A stretch of DNA of 64,000 nucleotides from an uncultured delta proteobacterium (GTDB taxonomy: Bacteria; Desulfobacterota; Binatia; UBA9968), in NCBI GenBank assembly GCA_963727625.1, contig CAVSHR010000006.1:224001-288000 (forward strand), in the 5' to 3' direction. Made by a program: the position numbers and the translations under genes. Positions 39,697 to 55,407 of this stretch are shown here, one piece after another (position 1 is the first letter of the stretch; every line of letters begins with the position of its first letter). A model generated the notes under the pieces. It did not search any database. It saw only the letters and a list, made by a program, of their open reading frames with translations, and was not told where the DNA came from.

Positions 39697-39772
39697 CGCA
39701 TCAGCTGCCAGTGGCTTAGTACGGCGCGCTAACGCACCCCACCTGCAAAGAAAATTTGCCCAAACTCTCACC

Positions 39773-39816
39773 CTCGCTCAAACCCTCTCCCGCAAGCGGG
39801 AGAGGGTTTGAGCGAG
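39773..39816. repeat. Perfect 21-bp palindrome (REP-like CCCTCTCCC/GGGAGAGGG element)
   Basis: CTCGCTCAAACCCTCTCCCGC-AA-GCGGGAGAGGGTTTGAGCGAG between convergent genes. Confidence 0.85.
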
Positions 39817-39855
39817 AACTCCATGGCTCCGACAGTGGCGATTTCCGACGGACGG

Positions 39856-40950
39856 TTAATGCAACGGATAGAACTGCTTCGGATTCTCAAAGAAGATCTT
39901 GTCTGTGAGCGCCGCTGGGATATCTTCGCGCGCGCGCATGGTGGCGACCAACTGGCGCTCCTCGGACGGGTCCTGATGGCCGTAATCCGAGCCGATCAGA
40001 ATATGATCTTCGCCGGTGTATTGGGCGATATAGTGTACGTCTTCATCCGCTTCGCAGGCGACGAAAATGCGGTACTCGCGAAACATGTCTTGGTCTGAAG
40101 AGAACTTCCACTTCTCGCGAAATAATCTTTTGATGATATGCATCATGAACGGAACCCATCCCGCCGAGGCCTCGATGAAGCCGAACTTGAGGCGCGGGAA
40201 CTGCTCGGGGATTTTGTTGGCGATAATGTCGCGGAAGGCCAACAGCGGCTGGACCCGGCTGTGGCCGAAGGTGTGATTGCGCTCGACGTCGAAAAGATTC
40301 AAAAACAGCGGGCAGCCGGCGCCGGTATGTATGCAGATCGGCAAGTCGAGATCGTTGGCCGCCTGGTAGATCGGGTAGAAGTAAGGGTTGTCCAGCGTGC
40401 GTTGGCCCTCGATGCCACGGAAGAACACGCCCACCGCCCCATTCTCCTTGCCCCATTTGATTTCTTTCACTGATTCTTCCACCGAGTGCAGCGGCGGCAC
40501 CACCACCCAGCGCATGCGCCCATGGGACCCGGCGCAGGCCTGGGCGAGAAAGCGATTGTAGGCGCGCGCCATGGCGACATCGAGACCGACATCGTCGGTG
40601 ATGTAAATGAGAAACAGCGTCGGAAAAACCACCTGGGTGTCGACGCCGAGCCGGTCCATGTCCTTCAAGCGGCTGGGAATATCGGTCATCTCCCGGCAGG
40701 CAAGATGAATGTCGCCTCGCGAGGTTTCCAACTTCGACGCCGACGGTGTAATCAAGCGAAAGCTCCCCTTGCCGTTGGGCTTGGGAAAAATGTTGCCGTC
40801 GATCAGCCAAAAGGCGTTGCGCGGCCCGTACAGCGTGTCCTCCGGTCCTTTGAGCAGCACTGGCCGGCGTTGAACCATCTCCTTGTCTATCATCGCCCAC
40901 ATCGATTCGCCTTCCGAAATATGCGTGTCCGCATCGATTATCCCTGCCAT
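39856..40950 (-). CDS. Amidohydrolase_2-family metallo-hydrolase/decarboxylase
   Basis: IIDADTH, DMDRLGVDTQVVFPT, PICIH, IEASAGW, GSDYGH. Confidence 0.88.
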   Translation of the reverse strand: MAGIIDADTHISEGESMWAMIDKEMVQRRPVLLKGPEDTLYGPRNAFWLIDGNIFPKPNGKGSFRLITPSASKLETSRGDIHLACREMTDIPSRLKDMDRLGVDTQVVFPTLFLIYITDDVGLDVAMARAYNRFLAQACAGSHGRMRWVVVPPLHSVEESVKEIKWGKENGAVGVFFRGIEGQRTLDNPYFYPIYQAANDLDLPICIHTGAGCPLFLNLFDVERNHTFGHSRVQPLLAFRDIIANKIPEQFPRLKFGFIEASAGWVPFMMHIIKRLFREKWKFSSDQDMFREYRIFVACEADEDVHYIAQYTGEDHILIGSDYGHQDPSEERQLVATMRAREDIPAALTDKIFFENPKQFYPLH

Positions 40951-41067
40951 GGCATTCCTCCTAGTCTATTGAAACTGCCTGATTTCGCCGTTCGTCAACC
41001 ACGCTCTTCCTGCCACCGTTCACAGAGCTATAGCAAGACTCCACGCTGCTCCGCCAGCAATGGCAAA

Positions 41068-41967
41068 CTAAGCTTTCACTGCCCCAGCGATGATCCACTC
41101 TGACGCGATTTGACGCGCATCGCGCGCTTGTTCCGGGGCGATTTGAGCCAGCAGCTTTTCGAATTGCTTGAAGTCGACCTTCAACGTTTCGTCCATGCAG
41201 GCGATATATTCGTTGAAGGTTTTTTCCGCCAACGCCGGCGCGTGGCCAAAATGCTTTTCCAGAATGCGCAGCGCCTCGGCACGATGCGACTTGAAGTATT
41301 GAATCCCCTCGCTGTACGCGGCGAGGAAAGTTGTCAGATCTTTCTCCCTCTCGCGCCATCGCTTCTCGGTGGTCTCGATGGTTATCGGCAGCGGGTCGTC
41401 GACCACCTCCGGCCATTCACTGAGGCGCTTGAATCCTCTCGCCTCGGCGATAAAACCAAAAGGCCGCGGCAAGAGCGCCGCCTGCGCCTGGCCGTCGATC
41501 AGCCAATTGAAAGCGTCTTGATCGCCGCTCGCTAACCGCAGCGTCAGATCGGTCCCCACGCGGAGCATTGCTAATTGATGAAATGATTCCGCGATCGGCG
41601 CGTTGCGCGATGGGCCTTCCCGGCAAGCCACGATTTTGCCCCTGAGATCGGCGAGCGCGCCGATCCCCGGCGTCGCGATCAAATAATAGGGACAATGATT
41701 CATCGCGCAACCGAGAATCCGCGTCGATTTCGACGCGAGGAAATGCTGCAACGACGCCCGTCCGACCACCAGCGATATTTGCGCCGAATCGTCCGCCAGC
41801 CTGCGATAGCGTTCTTCGGTGCCCTGCACATGCTGCCAGGACACCTCCAGACCATGCTTCTGAAAAATTCCCGTCTCAATGGACAAATAGCCGCTCGGAT
41901 CGCGCGCGAAGTCGCCGCCCGCGCCTTCGAGGTGACCGTACATGACGTTGAGAGTCGTTAAGCTCAT
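41068..41967 (-). CDS. NMT1/TauA-type substrate-binding-fold protein without signal peptide
   Basis: GIFQKHGLEV, ADLRGKIVA, FLAAYSEGIQY; no hydrophobic leader. Confidence 0.75.
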   Translation of the reverse strand: MSLTTLNVMYGHLEGAGGDFARDPSGYLSIETGIFQKHGLEVSWQHVQGTEERYRRLADDSAQISLVVGRASLQHFLASKSTRILGCAMNHCPYYLIATPGIGALADLRGKIVACREGPSRNAPIAESFHQLAMLRVGTDLTLRLASGDQDAFNWLIDGQAQAALLPRPFGFIAEARGFKRLSEWPEVVDDPLPITIETTEKRWREREKDLTTFLAAYSEGIQYFKSHRAEALRILEKHFGHAPALAEKTFNEYIACMDETLKVDFKQFEKLLAQIAPEQARDARQIASEWIIAGAVKA

Positions 41968-42058
41968 GGCTCGTCTCCATTCCTCGCCTGCCGCCCTCCT
42001 CTATATTACGGCTTGCTCTAGCAAACAAACCATTCCCGACACGAACGAGCAAGAATTC

Positions 42059-42088
42059 TTGACAGCCGATTGCCTTCGGGAATAAAGT
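42059..42088 (+). promoter_or_regulatory. Sigma70-type promoter for the cupin gene
   Basis: TTGACA, 18-nt spacer, TAAAGT; RBS GGGAGG before ATG 42139. Confidence 0.5.
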
Positions 42089-42138
42089 CCGGTCATACCT
42101 TGGGGTAGAGTTACTATCATTAATAAAGGGAGGTCGTC

Positions 42139-42564
42139 ATGCAACTATTAAATATTTCCGAAAAGGCCACAGAGCGTAAAAAAGGTCAGCGACGCATCGA
42201 CCTTTTCCGCCGCGAAAACCTCGAAACGTGGATTCTTATCTTTCCGCCGGGGGATGTGCAGAGAATGCACAACCATCCGTCGGATCGGACCTATTATGTC
42301 CTCACCGGCAAGGGTATTATGAAGGGCCTCAACGAATCGCACGAGGTTTCAGCCGGCCAGATTCTAAGCATACCGGCCCACGAGTTTTACGAGGGCTCGA
42401 ATCCCTACGATGAGCCGATGATTCTATTGGGCAACAGCCACAAGGCAACGCCAGAAGACGTCGCCAAAGCCGGCGGCCAGCGCAACGAGATCGATGAAAA
42501 GACCGGCAAGCGCATCATTTACCAGCACGGCGGAGGTCAGGACATGGGAGTATTGGCGGACTAG
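42139..42564 (+). CDS. Cupin-domain protein
   Basis: PPGDVQRMHNHP, YYVLTGKG, AGQILSIPA. Confidence 0.8.
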   Translation: MQLLNISEKATERKKGQRRIDLFRRENLETWILIFPPGDVQRMHNHPSDRTYYVLTGKGIMKGLNESHEVSAGQILSIPAHEFYEGSNPYDEPMILLGNSHKATPEDVAKAGGQRNEIDEKTGKRIIYQHGGGQDMGVLAD

Positions 42565-42587
42565 TCGAGCCTAGCTCAAAGGTCTTC

Positions 42588-43165
42588 TCAAAGCCCGGCC
42601 GGCGCGGCGATCGGTGACTTGGCGTAGCCGATCGGCACAAGATGGTAGATTCGCAGCGGCTGGGGAATTTTCAACAACACTTTCAGCATGGTTTCCATTT
42701 AGGGCGAATTGGCATCGTTGACGTACTGGGACGCCAGGCCGAGCGCCGTCGCCGCCAGATGGATCAGAAGCGTCGCGTTGGCCAGGCCGGTAATGAAGCG
42801 CGACTCGGCATTTTCCAGTTGGGTGCGGATAGGATAGGATTGCTTCACCCTCGGGTCACCGACAATCACGATGTGGAGTGGCGCGTGGCGAAAGCCCTCG
42901 CCGGTCATCTTCGCCGTACCGCGCACGGCTAAATCCATCTCGCGCTTTGGTTCCATCTGCTTGAGATAATAGTCGGCGATTTTGTAGCGAGTGGCTTGAT
43001 CGCGCACGACGATAAACTCCCAAGGCTGTCCGTTGCCACCCGACGGTGCCCAGCGGGCGCAGTCAAGAACCTTTCGCACCATCGCTCGGAGATCTCCCGG
43101 CGTTCGTCGTAGCCGCGAATGCGGTGGCGCTGCTCCGCCAAGCTGAGTCAGTCATCGATATTCAT
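42588..43165 (-). pseudogene. Nitroreductase-family pseudogene
   Basis: MNIDD*LSLAEQRHRIRGY, frameshift near 43083, ARWAPSGGNGQPWEFIVV, premature TAA 42699-42701, then ...HLVPIGY. Confidence 0.85.
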
Positions 43166-43372
43166 GCTTGCCCCCCTGCCGGCAAATACCCTTGAACTCT
43201 TTTGCAACAAAGCAAGGTTTTAGACAACCGGTGCCCAGTTGCGCAAATCACGGCGCCGAATTGGCGTCAGCTATCATTCCGTCGCTGCCGCTCGAAGCCG
43301 TGCCAAAAGTTAGGCTCGACAATTTGTTTCTTAGTGTTTCCGCGAAACTGTGGTATCCTTTTCACACTTCCG

Positions 43373-46300
43373 ATGAACGGGAAAACCCTACCGTCCGAAC
43401 TCACCCGTGCGCCATCGGTCGCCTCTCGGTTCTTTTCGTTCGTCAATGGGCCGCTGCTCAAGCGCTGGCTCTGGCGCTTGAGTGCTTGTCTGCTGCTGTT
43501 GCTCTGCCTCTTCATCGAAATCCAGACTTCGCTCCTACAGTCATGGATTTTCACCAGCACCAACGAGCGCCTGTTCTTCAACCTGCAGGAAGGTCCGAGT
43601 GCGGAAATCTTCTTTCCGCGTGCCGCGCCCTTCGACGACCGGCGCGGCTATTCCAAATTGCCGCGGTTTCAATCCCGACTGCAAGAACAGGGATACCGCA
43701 TAACCCGGCAAGCGCGCCAATCGGAAACCATGCTGACGCTATTAGCGCAAGGTATTTCCCCACCCTACGGCGAACGAGCCGCCGCCGGTCTCGATATCCG
43801 CGGTGCCGACGGCACGCCTCTGTTTCGCTACGGTCAAGCGGAATTTTTGTTCGAAAAAATTGACACGATCCCGCCGCTGGTGGTCAAAGCACTGCTGTTT
43901 CTTGAAAACCGCGATCTCGATCGTCCGGCGACGCCGTGGCAAAACCCGGTGATCGAGTGGGGCCGCATCCTCAAAGCCGGGCTGATGTATATCGGGTCCA
44001 AGCTTCATCTGCCAGTCCCGGTGCAGGGCGGCAGCACACTCGCTGTCCAACTGGAGAAATTTCGCCACTCCCCCAACGGCCGTACCGACACGCCGATGGA
44101 AAAATTGCGCCAGATCATCGGCGCAAGTCTGAAAGCTTATCGCGAGGGCGCGAACACGCGCGCCTGGCGTGAGCGCATCGTCGTCGATTATCTCAACTCC
44201 GTACCGCTGGCCGCCGCGCCCGGTTACGGCGAGATCCATGGACTTGGCGAAGCGCTCTACGCCTGGTTCGGCATGCGCCTCGACGACGTCGTTGCGGCGT
44301 TGAATTCTCCCGGCCCGTCGCCGGCGAAAGTGCGCGCTTTCAAACATGTTTTGACGCTGCTCATTTCGGTGCGCGCGCCGTCGGTGTATCTGGTCGACGA
44401 GCGGGCTTCTTTGGAGGACAAAGTCAACCAGTTCACCCGCCTGATGGCGCGCAACGGCATCATCGATTGGGAGTTTGCCGCGGAGTTGCAGGAAACCCCG
44501 ATCCGTTTCCTCCTCGCCGCGCCGCTGCCGCCGCAGCCCTCGTCGAGTAAAAATAAAGCGGCCAATGCCATTCGCACCAACATGATGGAGGCGCTCGGCA
44601 TCGCCAACGTTTACGAATTGGACCGTCTGCACCTGCAGGTTCGCAGCTCTTTCGATGTCGCCCTGCAAAAAAAAGTAACCGAATTTCTCCATCGCCTCGC
44701 CAATCCGCAATTCGTCAGTGCCCATGGACTGAGTGGCGAGCGGCTGCTGGAGGACGCCGATCCCGCCAAGGTGATTTATTCATTTCTGTTGGTCGAAGCC
44801 GCGCCGGCCGGCAATTTCATCCGCGTGCAGGCGGATAATTTTGCCGCGCCCTTCGACTTCAATAAAAGCGTCAAATTGGAACTGGGCAGCACCGCCAAGT
44901 TGCGCACCCTGACCCATTACTTGGAAGTGATGGCCGAGCTCCACGCCGAGTTCGCGGGATTGAACGACGAAGAGTTGGCGCGGAGAGCCAAAACCGCGGG
45001 CGATCCGTTGACTCGGTGGGCCATTGAAACGGCGCAGACTGAAAAAAACCTGTCGTTGCAGGCTTTCCTCGAACAGGCGATGGAGCGGCGCTACTCGGCG
45101 AGCCCTAATGAAGAATTCTTTACCGGCGGCGGCCTGCTCCGCTTCGAGAACTTCGACAAAAAAGACGACCACCGCGCCGTGGCGCTCAACGATGCCTTTC
45201 GCAATTCGATCAACCTGGTGTTTATTCGCCTGATGCGCGATCTGGTGAGCTATCATCGAGCCCGGCTCCCTTACAACACCAACGACGTGCTGGCGAACCC
45301 GGCCAACCCGAAGCGGCAGAAAATGCTTGGAGAAATCGCCGAAGAGGAATCCCGCCAGGCGCTGCGCCGGGCGCACCAGAACTACGCCAAGCAGGGTCCG
45401 GACGAAATCGTCGCCCGTCTGCTCGGCAGCAAGGGAAACATCGCGCGCCGTTTGACGATGTTATTTTTTGCCTGGCGCATCGGCGCCGGCATGAGCGATC
45501 TCGAGGCGTGGTTCGAAAAGAATCAAGTTCCAACCGAAGGCGTCGACATGGTGAAACTGTTTCACGCCTATAACAATCCGCGCTTGACACTGGCGGACTA
45601 CGCCTATCTGCTCGGCGTGCATCCGCTGAGTCTTTGGTGCGCCGGCGAGTTTTATAAAACTCCTGATCTTTCCTGGGAGAAGCTCTACGCGGCCGGCGGC
45701 GAAGCGCGCCGGCTGAGCTCGGCATGGTTACTGAGCGGCCGCAACCGCCGCGCTCAAGATCTGCGCCTGCGCATCCGCTTTGAAAAAGATGCGTTCAACC
45801 GCATGACGCCCTATTGGCAAAAGCTCGGCTTTCCGTTCAAGACGCTGGTGCCGAGCTTCGCTACGGCCCTCGGCAGCTCATCGGATCGACCGATAGCGCT
45901 CGCCGAATTGGTCGGCATCCTGGTGAACGACGGCATGCGCCGGCCGTCGGTGAGCCTCACCGAAGTTCATTTTGCCGAAGGCACCCCTTATGAAACCGTT
46001 CTCGAAAGGCCGGCGCCGCCGGGCGAACGAGTGCTCGCGCCGGAAATCGCCCGGACCATGCGTCGAGCCATGGCCGAAGTGGTCAAGCAAGGTACGGCGC
46101 GCCGCTTGAACGGCGTGTTTAAATTGTCCAACGGCGAAGTGCTAACCGTCGGCGGCAAGACCGGTTCTGGCGACAACCGCTTCGAGACCTTCAGCCGCTC
46201 CGGCGCCGTGACCAGCTCGCGCGCGACCAATCGCACCGCGACTTTTGTCTTTTACATCGGAGCGCGCTACCTCGGCGTCATCACGGCCTTCGTGCAAGGG

Positions 46301-46435
46301 CGCGAGGCGGAGAACTACCACTTTACCAGCGGCTTGCCGGTGTCAGTGCTGAAACTCCTGGCCCCGACGATCATCACCCGGATGGAAAATCAATCCATCG
46401 ACCAACCCACCTCAACTGTAAACCGGGCCCGTTGA
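43373..46435 (+). CDS. Large class A PBP-like protein (transglycosylase + transpeptidase-like domains with insertions)
   Basis: TM anchor; LENR and QGGSTLAVQLEK (GT51-like); GSTAK (SxxK), SIN (SxN), GKTG. Confidence 0.8.
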   Translation: MNGKTLPSELTRAPSVASRFFSFVNGPLLKRWLWRLSACLLLLLCLFIEIQTSLLQSWIFTSTNERLFFNLQEGPSAEIFFPRAAPFDDRRGYSKLPRFQSRLQEQGYRITRQARQSETMLTLLAQGISPPYGERAAAGLDIRGADGTPLFRYGQAEFLFEKIDTIPPLVVKALLFLENRDLDRPATPWQNPVIEWGRILKAGLMYIGSKLHLPVPVQGGSTLAVQLEKFRHSPNGRTDTPMEKLRQIIGASLKAYREGANTRAWRERIVVDYLNSVPLAAAPGYGEIHGLGEALYAWFGMRLDDVVAALNSPGPSPAKVRAFKHVLTLLISVRAPSVYLVDERASLEDKVNQFTRLMARNGIIDWEFAAELQETPIRFLLAAPLPPQPSSSKNKAANAIRTNMMEALGIANVYELDRLHLQVRSSFDVALQKKVTEFLHRLANPQFVSAHGLSGERLLEDADPAKVIYSFLLVEAAPAGNFIRVQADNFAAPFDFNKSVKLELGSTAKLRTLTHYLEVMAELHAEFAGLNDEELARRAKTAGDPLTRWAIETAQTEKNLSLQAFLEQAMERRYSASPNEEFFTGGGLLRFENFDKKDDHRAVALNDAFRNSINLVFIRLMRDLVSYHRARLPYNTNDVLANPANPKRQKMLGEIAEEESRQALRRAHQNYAKQGPDEIVARLLGSKGNIARRLTMLFFAWRIGAGMSDLEAWFEKNQVPTEGVDMVKLFHAYNNPRLTLADYAYLLGVHPLSLWCAGEFYKTPDLSWEKLYAAGGEARRLSSAWLLSGRNRRAQDLRLRIRFEKDAFNRMTPYWQKLGFPFKTLVPSFATALGSSSDRPIALAELVGILVNDGMRRPSVSLTEVHFAEGTPYETVLERPAPPGERVLAPEIARTMRRAMAEVVKQGTARRLNGVFKLSNGEVLTVGGKTGSGDNRFETFSRSGAVTSSRATNRTATFVFYIGARYLGVITAFVQGREAENYHFTSGLPVSVLKLLAPTIITRMENQSIDQPTSTVNRAR

Positions 46436-46498
46436 TTTACGGGGCGAGCATTCTTGCAATCGGCAATTTGTCGTCTGGAATTCCGAGCGAAGCGAGGA

Positions 46499-47185
46499 CT
46501 AGGTGCCGCGCCGGTTGCCGAACAATTCGATGTGCAAGCGCGGCGTGTAGCCGAAGCCGTAACGCAAACAGTCGCCGACGATCCAGCGCGCTTTGGCAGC
46601 CAGTTGTTTTTTGCTGGTGCCCTGCGCCATGATCATGACGCGGGCCGAGTCGACGTTGTTCAGTCGATCGAGCAGCGCGCGAATCTCGGCAAAATCTTTC
46701 CTGCTCTCGACGACAAACTTTAATTGGTAGTCATAACTGTCGAGGTACCTTTGCAAAACCGGCAAATTCAGCCGGCGCTCCTCATGCATGCGCGCAAACT
46801 TGCCTCTTTCCCTGCGCCGAGGGGTAGAATTCGCCAGCTTCGGACTGAGCGAAATCAGATCGCAGTACACCGGTTTGAATATCGTGCCGGCGGTCTCGAT
46901 GGTGATATGTTTTTTTCGGCGTTTGAGCTCCTGCGTCAGCACTTCGATTGCGCCGGTCAACAGCGGCTCTCCGCCGGTAATGACCACGTGACGAGTCGGC
47001 TGTTTTTCGACTAGACGGAGAATCTTCTCGATCGGCCACGACGAGCCCTCCGGCCGCCAGGAAGTGTAAGGGGTGTCGCACCAGACGCAGCGCAGATTGC
47101 AGCCGGAGGTCCGGATGAAGACCGAAGGGGTGCCAGCCAGGCGCCCTTCGCCTTGAATCGAATAGAAGATTTCGCTGATGCGCAT
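46499..47185 (-). CDS. queE: 7-carboxy-7-deazaguanine synthase (radical SAM)
   Basis: EIFYSIQGEG, GCNLRCVWCDT, TGGEP, SLSPK, PRLH. Confidence 0.92.
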   Translation of the reverse strand: MRISEIFYSIQGEGRLAGTPSVFIRTSGCNLRCVWCDTPYTSWRPEGSSWPIEKILRLVEKQPTRHVVITGGEPLLTGAIEVLTQELKRRKKHITIETAGTIFKPVYCDLISLSPKLANSTPRRRERGKFARMHEERRLNLPVLQRYLDSYDYQLKFVVESRKDFAEIRALLDRLNNVDSARVMIMAQGTSKKQLAAKARWIVGDCLRYGFGYTPRLHIELFGNRRGT

Positions 47186-47323
47186 GGCTTCAATTTAGCA
47201 AAGCACCCGCGCCGCTTGAAGAGAAGCGGGAAACTTGCATCGAGCGCGCCTTGTGGTAGAGGTTAAAGGTTGGCGCCCGAGCAAAAGGCGCCGCCCCTCG
47301 GCGGCATGAATTGGGACAATCGG

Positions 47324-47566
47324 ATGACGGCAGATCAGGAAGCTTTAGTGGCCGAAGAGCGCAAGGTTCGCCGGCTGTGCTGCGCCATGGACGTTGCCGT
47401 GGCTCTGCTCTGGCGGGTCGATCTGACCCTCGAAGAGGCGCAAGACGTGGTCGGCCACGCCAAACGCATGGCACTGCAACTTTTTCCCGACAAAGAAGAA
47501 ACCTTTGATCTGATCTACGGGTCGCGCTTTCGCCGCATCCTGACGGAAAAATATCGCTTGCAATGA
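47324..47566 (+). CDS. Small hypothetical protein (start 47306 or 47324)
   Basis: Protein-like ORF (LFPDKEETFDLIYGSRFRRIL) upstream of uvrA. Confidence 0.65.
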   Translation: MTADQEALVAEERKVRRLCCAMDVAVALLWRVDLTLEEAQDVVGHAKRMALQLFPDKEETFDLIYGSRFRRILTEKYRLQ

Positions 47567-47622
47567 ATTCTTTACACGGTCACTTCGACCCCGCTGGACT
47601 CAACATCGAGTAAGAATCCGTC

Positions 47623-53298
<5,676 letters not shown>

Positions 53299-53320
53299 CT
53301 TGGCTGCCAGACTTTTCAAG

Positions 53321-53692
53321 ATGCTCCGCTCCGGCATCCGGCTGCGCTGCCCGCGCTGCGCCACCGGCCGGTTGTACGCGAAACCGTTTAAAATGTTCGC
53401 CCATTGCCCGCACTGTAATCTAAAATTCGAGCGCGAGCCCGGTTATTTCGTCGGCGCGATGTATATTAACTACGCGGCGACAGTGGCCATCGCCATCCCG
53501 GGATTCTTTCTCCTGGACCTGTCCGCCGGCCTGACGATCAACCAACAACTCGCCATCTGGGTGCCCTTCGCCGTGATTTTCCCGCTGCTCTTCTTCCACC
53601 ACGCCAGAAGCCTCTGGCTGGTACTCGATCATTTCTTTAATCCCACCCAGAGCATCTACAGCGTGCCACCGAAACAAAAAACAGACCGCTGA
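53321..53692 (+). CDS. DUF983-like zinc-finger membrane protein
   Basis: CPRC...CPHC, EPGYFVGAMYINY, two TM segments. Confidence 0.7.
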   Translation: MLRSGIRLRCPRCATGRLYAKPFKMFAHCPHCNLKFEREPGYFVGAMYINYAATVAIAIPGFFLLDLSAGLTINQQLAIWVPFAVIFPLLFFHHARSLWLVLDHFFNPTQSIYSVPPKQKTDR

Positions 53693-53703
53693 TTGCAGCC
53701 AGC

Positions 53704-54126
53704 CTATGGAAAGTTTTTTTGCTGCGGCTGCTTGGGAAACTTCGGCAAATCCGGGTTCATATGATCCCAGGGCTGGGCGCTGGAGGTGAAAAAATCCATT
53801 GTTGGTTTGAAGCGGCTCGGATCGTCGAGGCTTCCCGCGGTGATCAAGATGAACTGCGGGAAACCGGAGGTCTTGCCGAAGACTCTGCCGCCGCAATTCG
53901 GACAGAATCCACGACTGAAGGTATTACCGCTGTCGGCGCGGCTCTCGTAGTATTGAACCTCGCCGGTAATCTTTACCGAACCCACCGGCACGGCGAATGC
54001 CGGCACGTAAGCGCCGCCGGTTGCTTTCTGACAATCTCGGCAGTGGCAATTGCCGCTGAACAACGGCTCCGAGGCGCATTCGTAGCGCAGCGCGCCGCAC
54101 TGGCAACCGCCGGTAAGAGTGCTCAT
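53704..54126 (-). CDS. GFA / CENP-V family protein
   Basis: GGCQCGALRY, CHCRDCQK, FCPNCG. Confidence 0.9.
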   Translation of the reverse strand: MSTLTGGCQCGALRYECASEPLFSGNCHCRDCQKATGGAYVPAFAVPVGSVKITGEVQYYESRADSGNTFSRGFCPNCGGRVFGKTSGFPQFILITAGSLDDPSRFKPTMDFFTSSAQPWDHMNPDLPKFPKQPQQKNFP

Positions 54127-54467
54127 ATTTTCCTCCCCATAGATTGTGCTGAGGTTTGGCAACCGATCGCCTTTATCGCCCAGACGCGCAGTCGATCGCG
54201 GTCTTCGATGATGTCGACCGGGACTTGATAATAGCTTCTGAGCGTTTGCTTGGCGTTGGGCCGAAACGGTTTCATCTTGCGCCTGCGATACTCGCCGACG
54301 CTCGCATCATCGATCTTGAAATACAGCCGGCCTTTATGAAGGATAGCGAAAAACGTTTCTTCCCGGTACAGACCGAAGCCACCGAACATACGCCGCGCCT
54401 CGACACCCTCCAACTCCTGCAGCTGGTCGAGCACAAAATCCTTAAACGACTCATCCTTCTTATTCAT
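54123..54467 (-). CDS. TfoX N-terminal domain protein
   Basis: RRMFGGFGLY, LYFK, SYYQVPVDIIED. Confidence 0.85.
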   Translation of the reverse strand: MNKKDESFKDFVLDQLQELEGVEARRMFGGFGLYREETFFAILHKGRLYFKIDDASVGEYRRRKMKPFRPNAKQTLRSYYQVPVDIIEDRDRLRVWAIKAIGCQTSAQSMGRKI

Positions 54468-54484
54468 CGCACTCCGAACACGTC

Positions 54485-54519
54485 TTGAACGATTTGAACG
54501 GCTTGAACTTTTTGAACCC
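54485..54519. repeat. 9-nt tandem repeat (TTGAACNNN)
   Basis: TTGAACGAT TTGAACGGC TTGAACTTT TTGAACCC. Confidence 0.75.
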
Positions 54520-54526
54520 ATTCAGT

Positions 54527-55387
54527 CTAACCCACCGCCAACCCCACCACACCCAAAACCATCGCGCAGGCCCCGGCCAAACGCCGCGGCGCATCGCCTT
54601 CGCCGAGCAACCGCACGCCCATCGCCGTGCCGATCAGAACACTGATCTCGCGCGCCGGCGCGACATAGCTCACCGGGGTAAAGCTCATCGCCGTGAGCAC
54701 CAAGATATAAGCCAGCGGGATCAAGATCGCGCAGGAAATTGCCTCGTATTTATGCTCGCGCCACTCGGCCACCGCCTGATCGGAATATTTCAACGCGACG
54801 GGAGTGAGAAAGATCGCCCGGCCGACGTTGGCGCCCCAATCCAAAACCAGCGGCGCGACCCCGAAACGACTCACGGCCTGTTTATCCCACAACGTGTAAG
54901 CGGCGATGAATAATCCGGTGATCGCGGCGTAGAGCACCGCGTCGTGAGCACCGCTTTGACGCAGGCGGGAGAGATTCGTGGTCAAGAAAACCGCGCCGGC
55001 GATGATCAAAAGCGCGCCGGCGACGGCGACCAGCGAGGGGCGTTCGCCGAGAAATAGAATCGCCCCGACGCTCGACAGCAACGGCCCGGTGCTGCGCGCC
55101 ATCGGATAGACCAATGAAAGATCGCCGACGCGATAGCCCTGATTGAGCAGTACGAAATAAGCCGTGTGCAGCGCGGCGCTGCCGGCCATGATACCGACGG
55201 TCAGCCAGCCGATCTTGATTTGCCAGACGCCGATCACCGTGATCGTGGCCGGCGCGTAAAACAACGCTGAAAGCAATGCGACCAGCCAGGTAAACGTCGC
55301 ATGGCCGCTCGCCCGTTTATTGAGAAGATTCCAGGTGGCGTGGGTTAGCGCAGCTGCTAAAATAAGTGTGAGGGCCCAACCGGTCAT
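54527..55387 (-). CDS. EamA/DMT-family transporter
   Basis: HATWNLL, GDLSLVYPMAR, AAYTLWDK, PAREIS. Confidence 0.88.
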   Translation of the reverse strand: MTGWALTLILAAALTHATWNLLNKRASGHATFTWLVALLSALFYAPATITVIGVWQIKIGWLTVGIMAGSAALHTAYFVLLNQGYRVGDLSLVYPMARSTGPLLSSVGAILFLGERPSLVAVAGALLIIAGAVFLTTNLSRLRQSGAHDAVLYAAITGLFIAAYTLWDKQAVSRFGVAPLVLDWGANVGRAIFLTPVALKYSDQAVAEWREHKYEAISCAILIPLAYILVLTAMSFTPVSYVAPAREISVLIGTAMGVRLLGEGDAPRRLAGACAMVLGVVGLAVG

Positions 55388-55407
55388 TTCAAGCTGATGC
55401 GCATTCC

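Noticed and set aside
43148-43150. In-frame TGA near the nitroreductase start as possible Sec
   Set aside because: Non-catalytic position, accompanied by a frameshift and a premature TAA; simple pseudogene.
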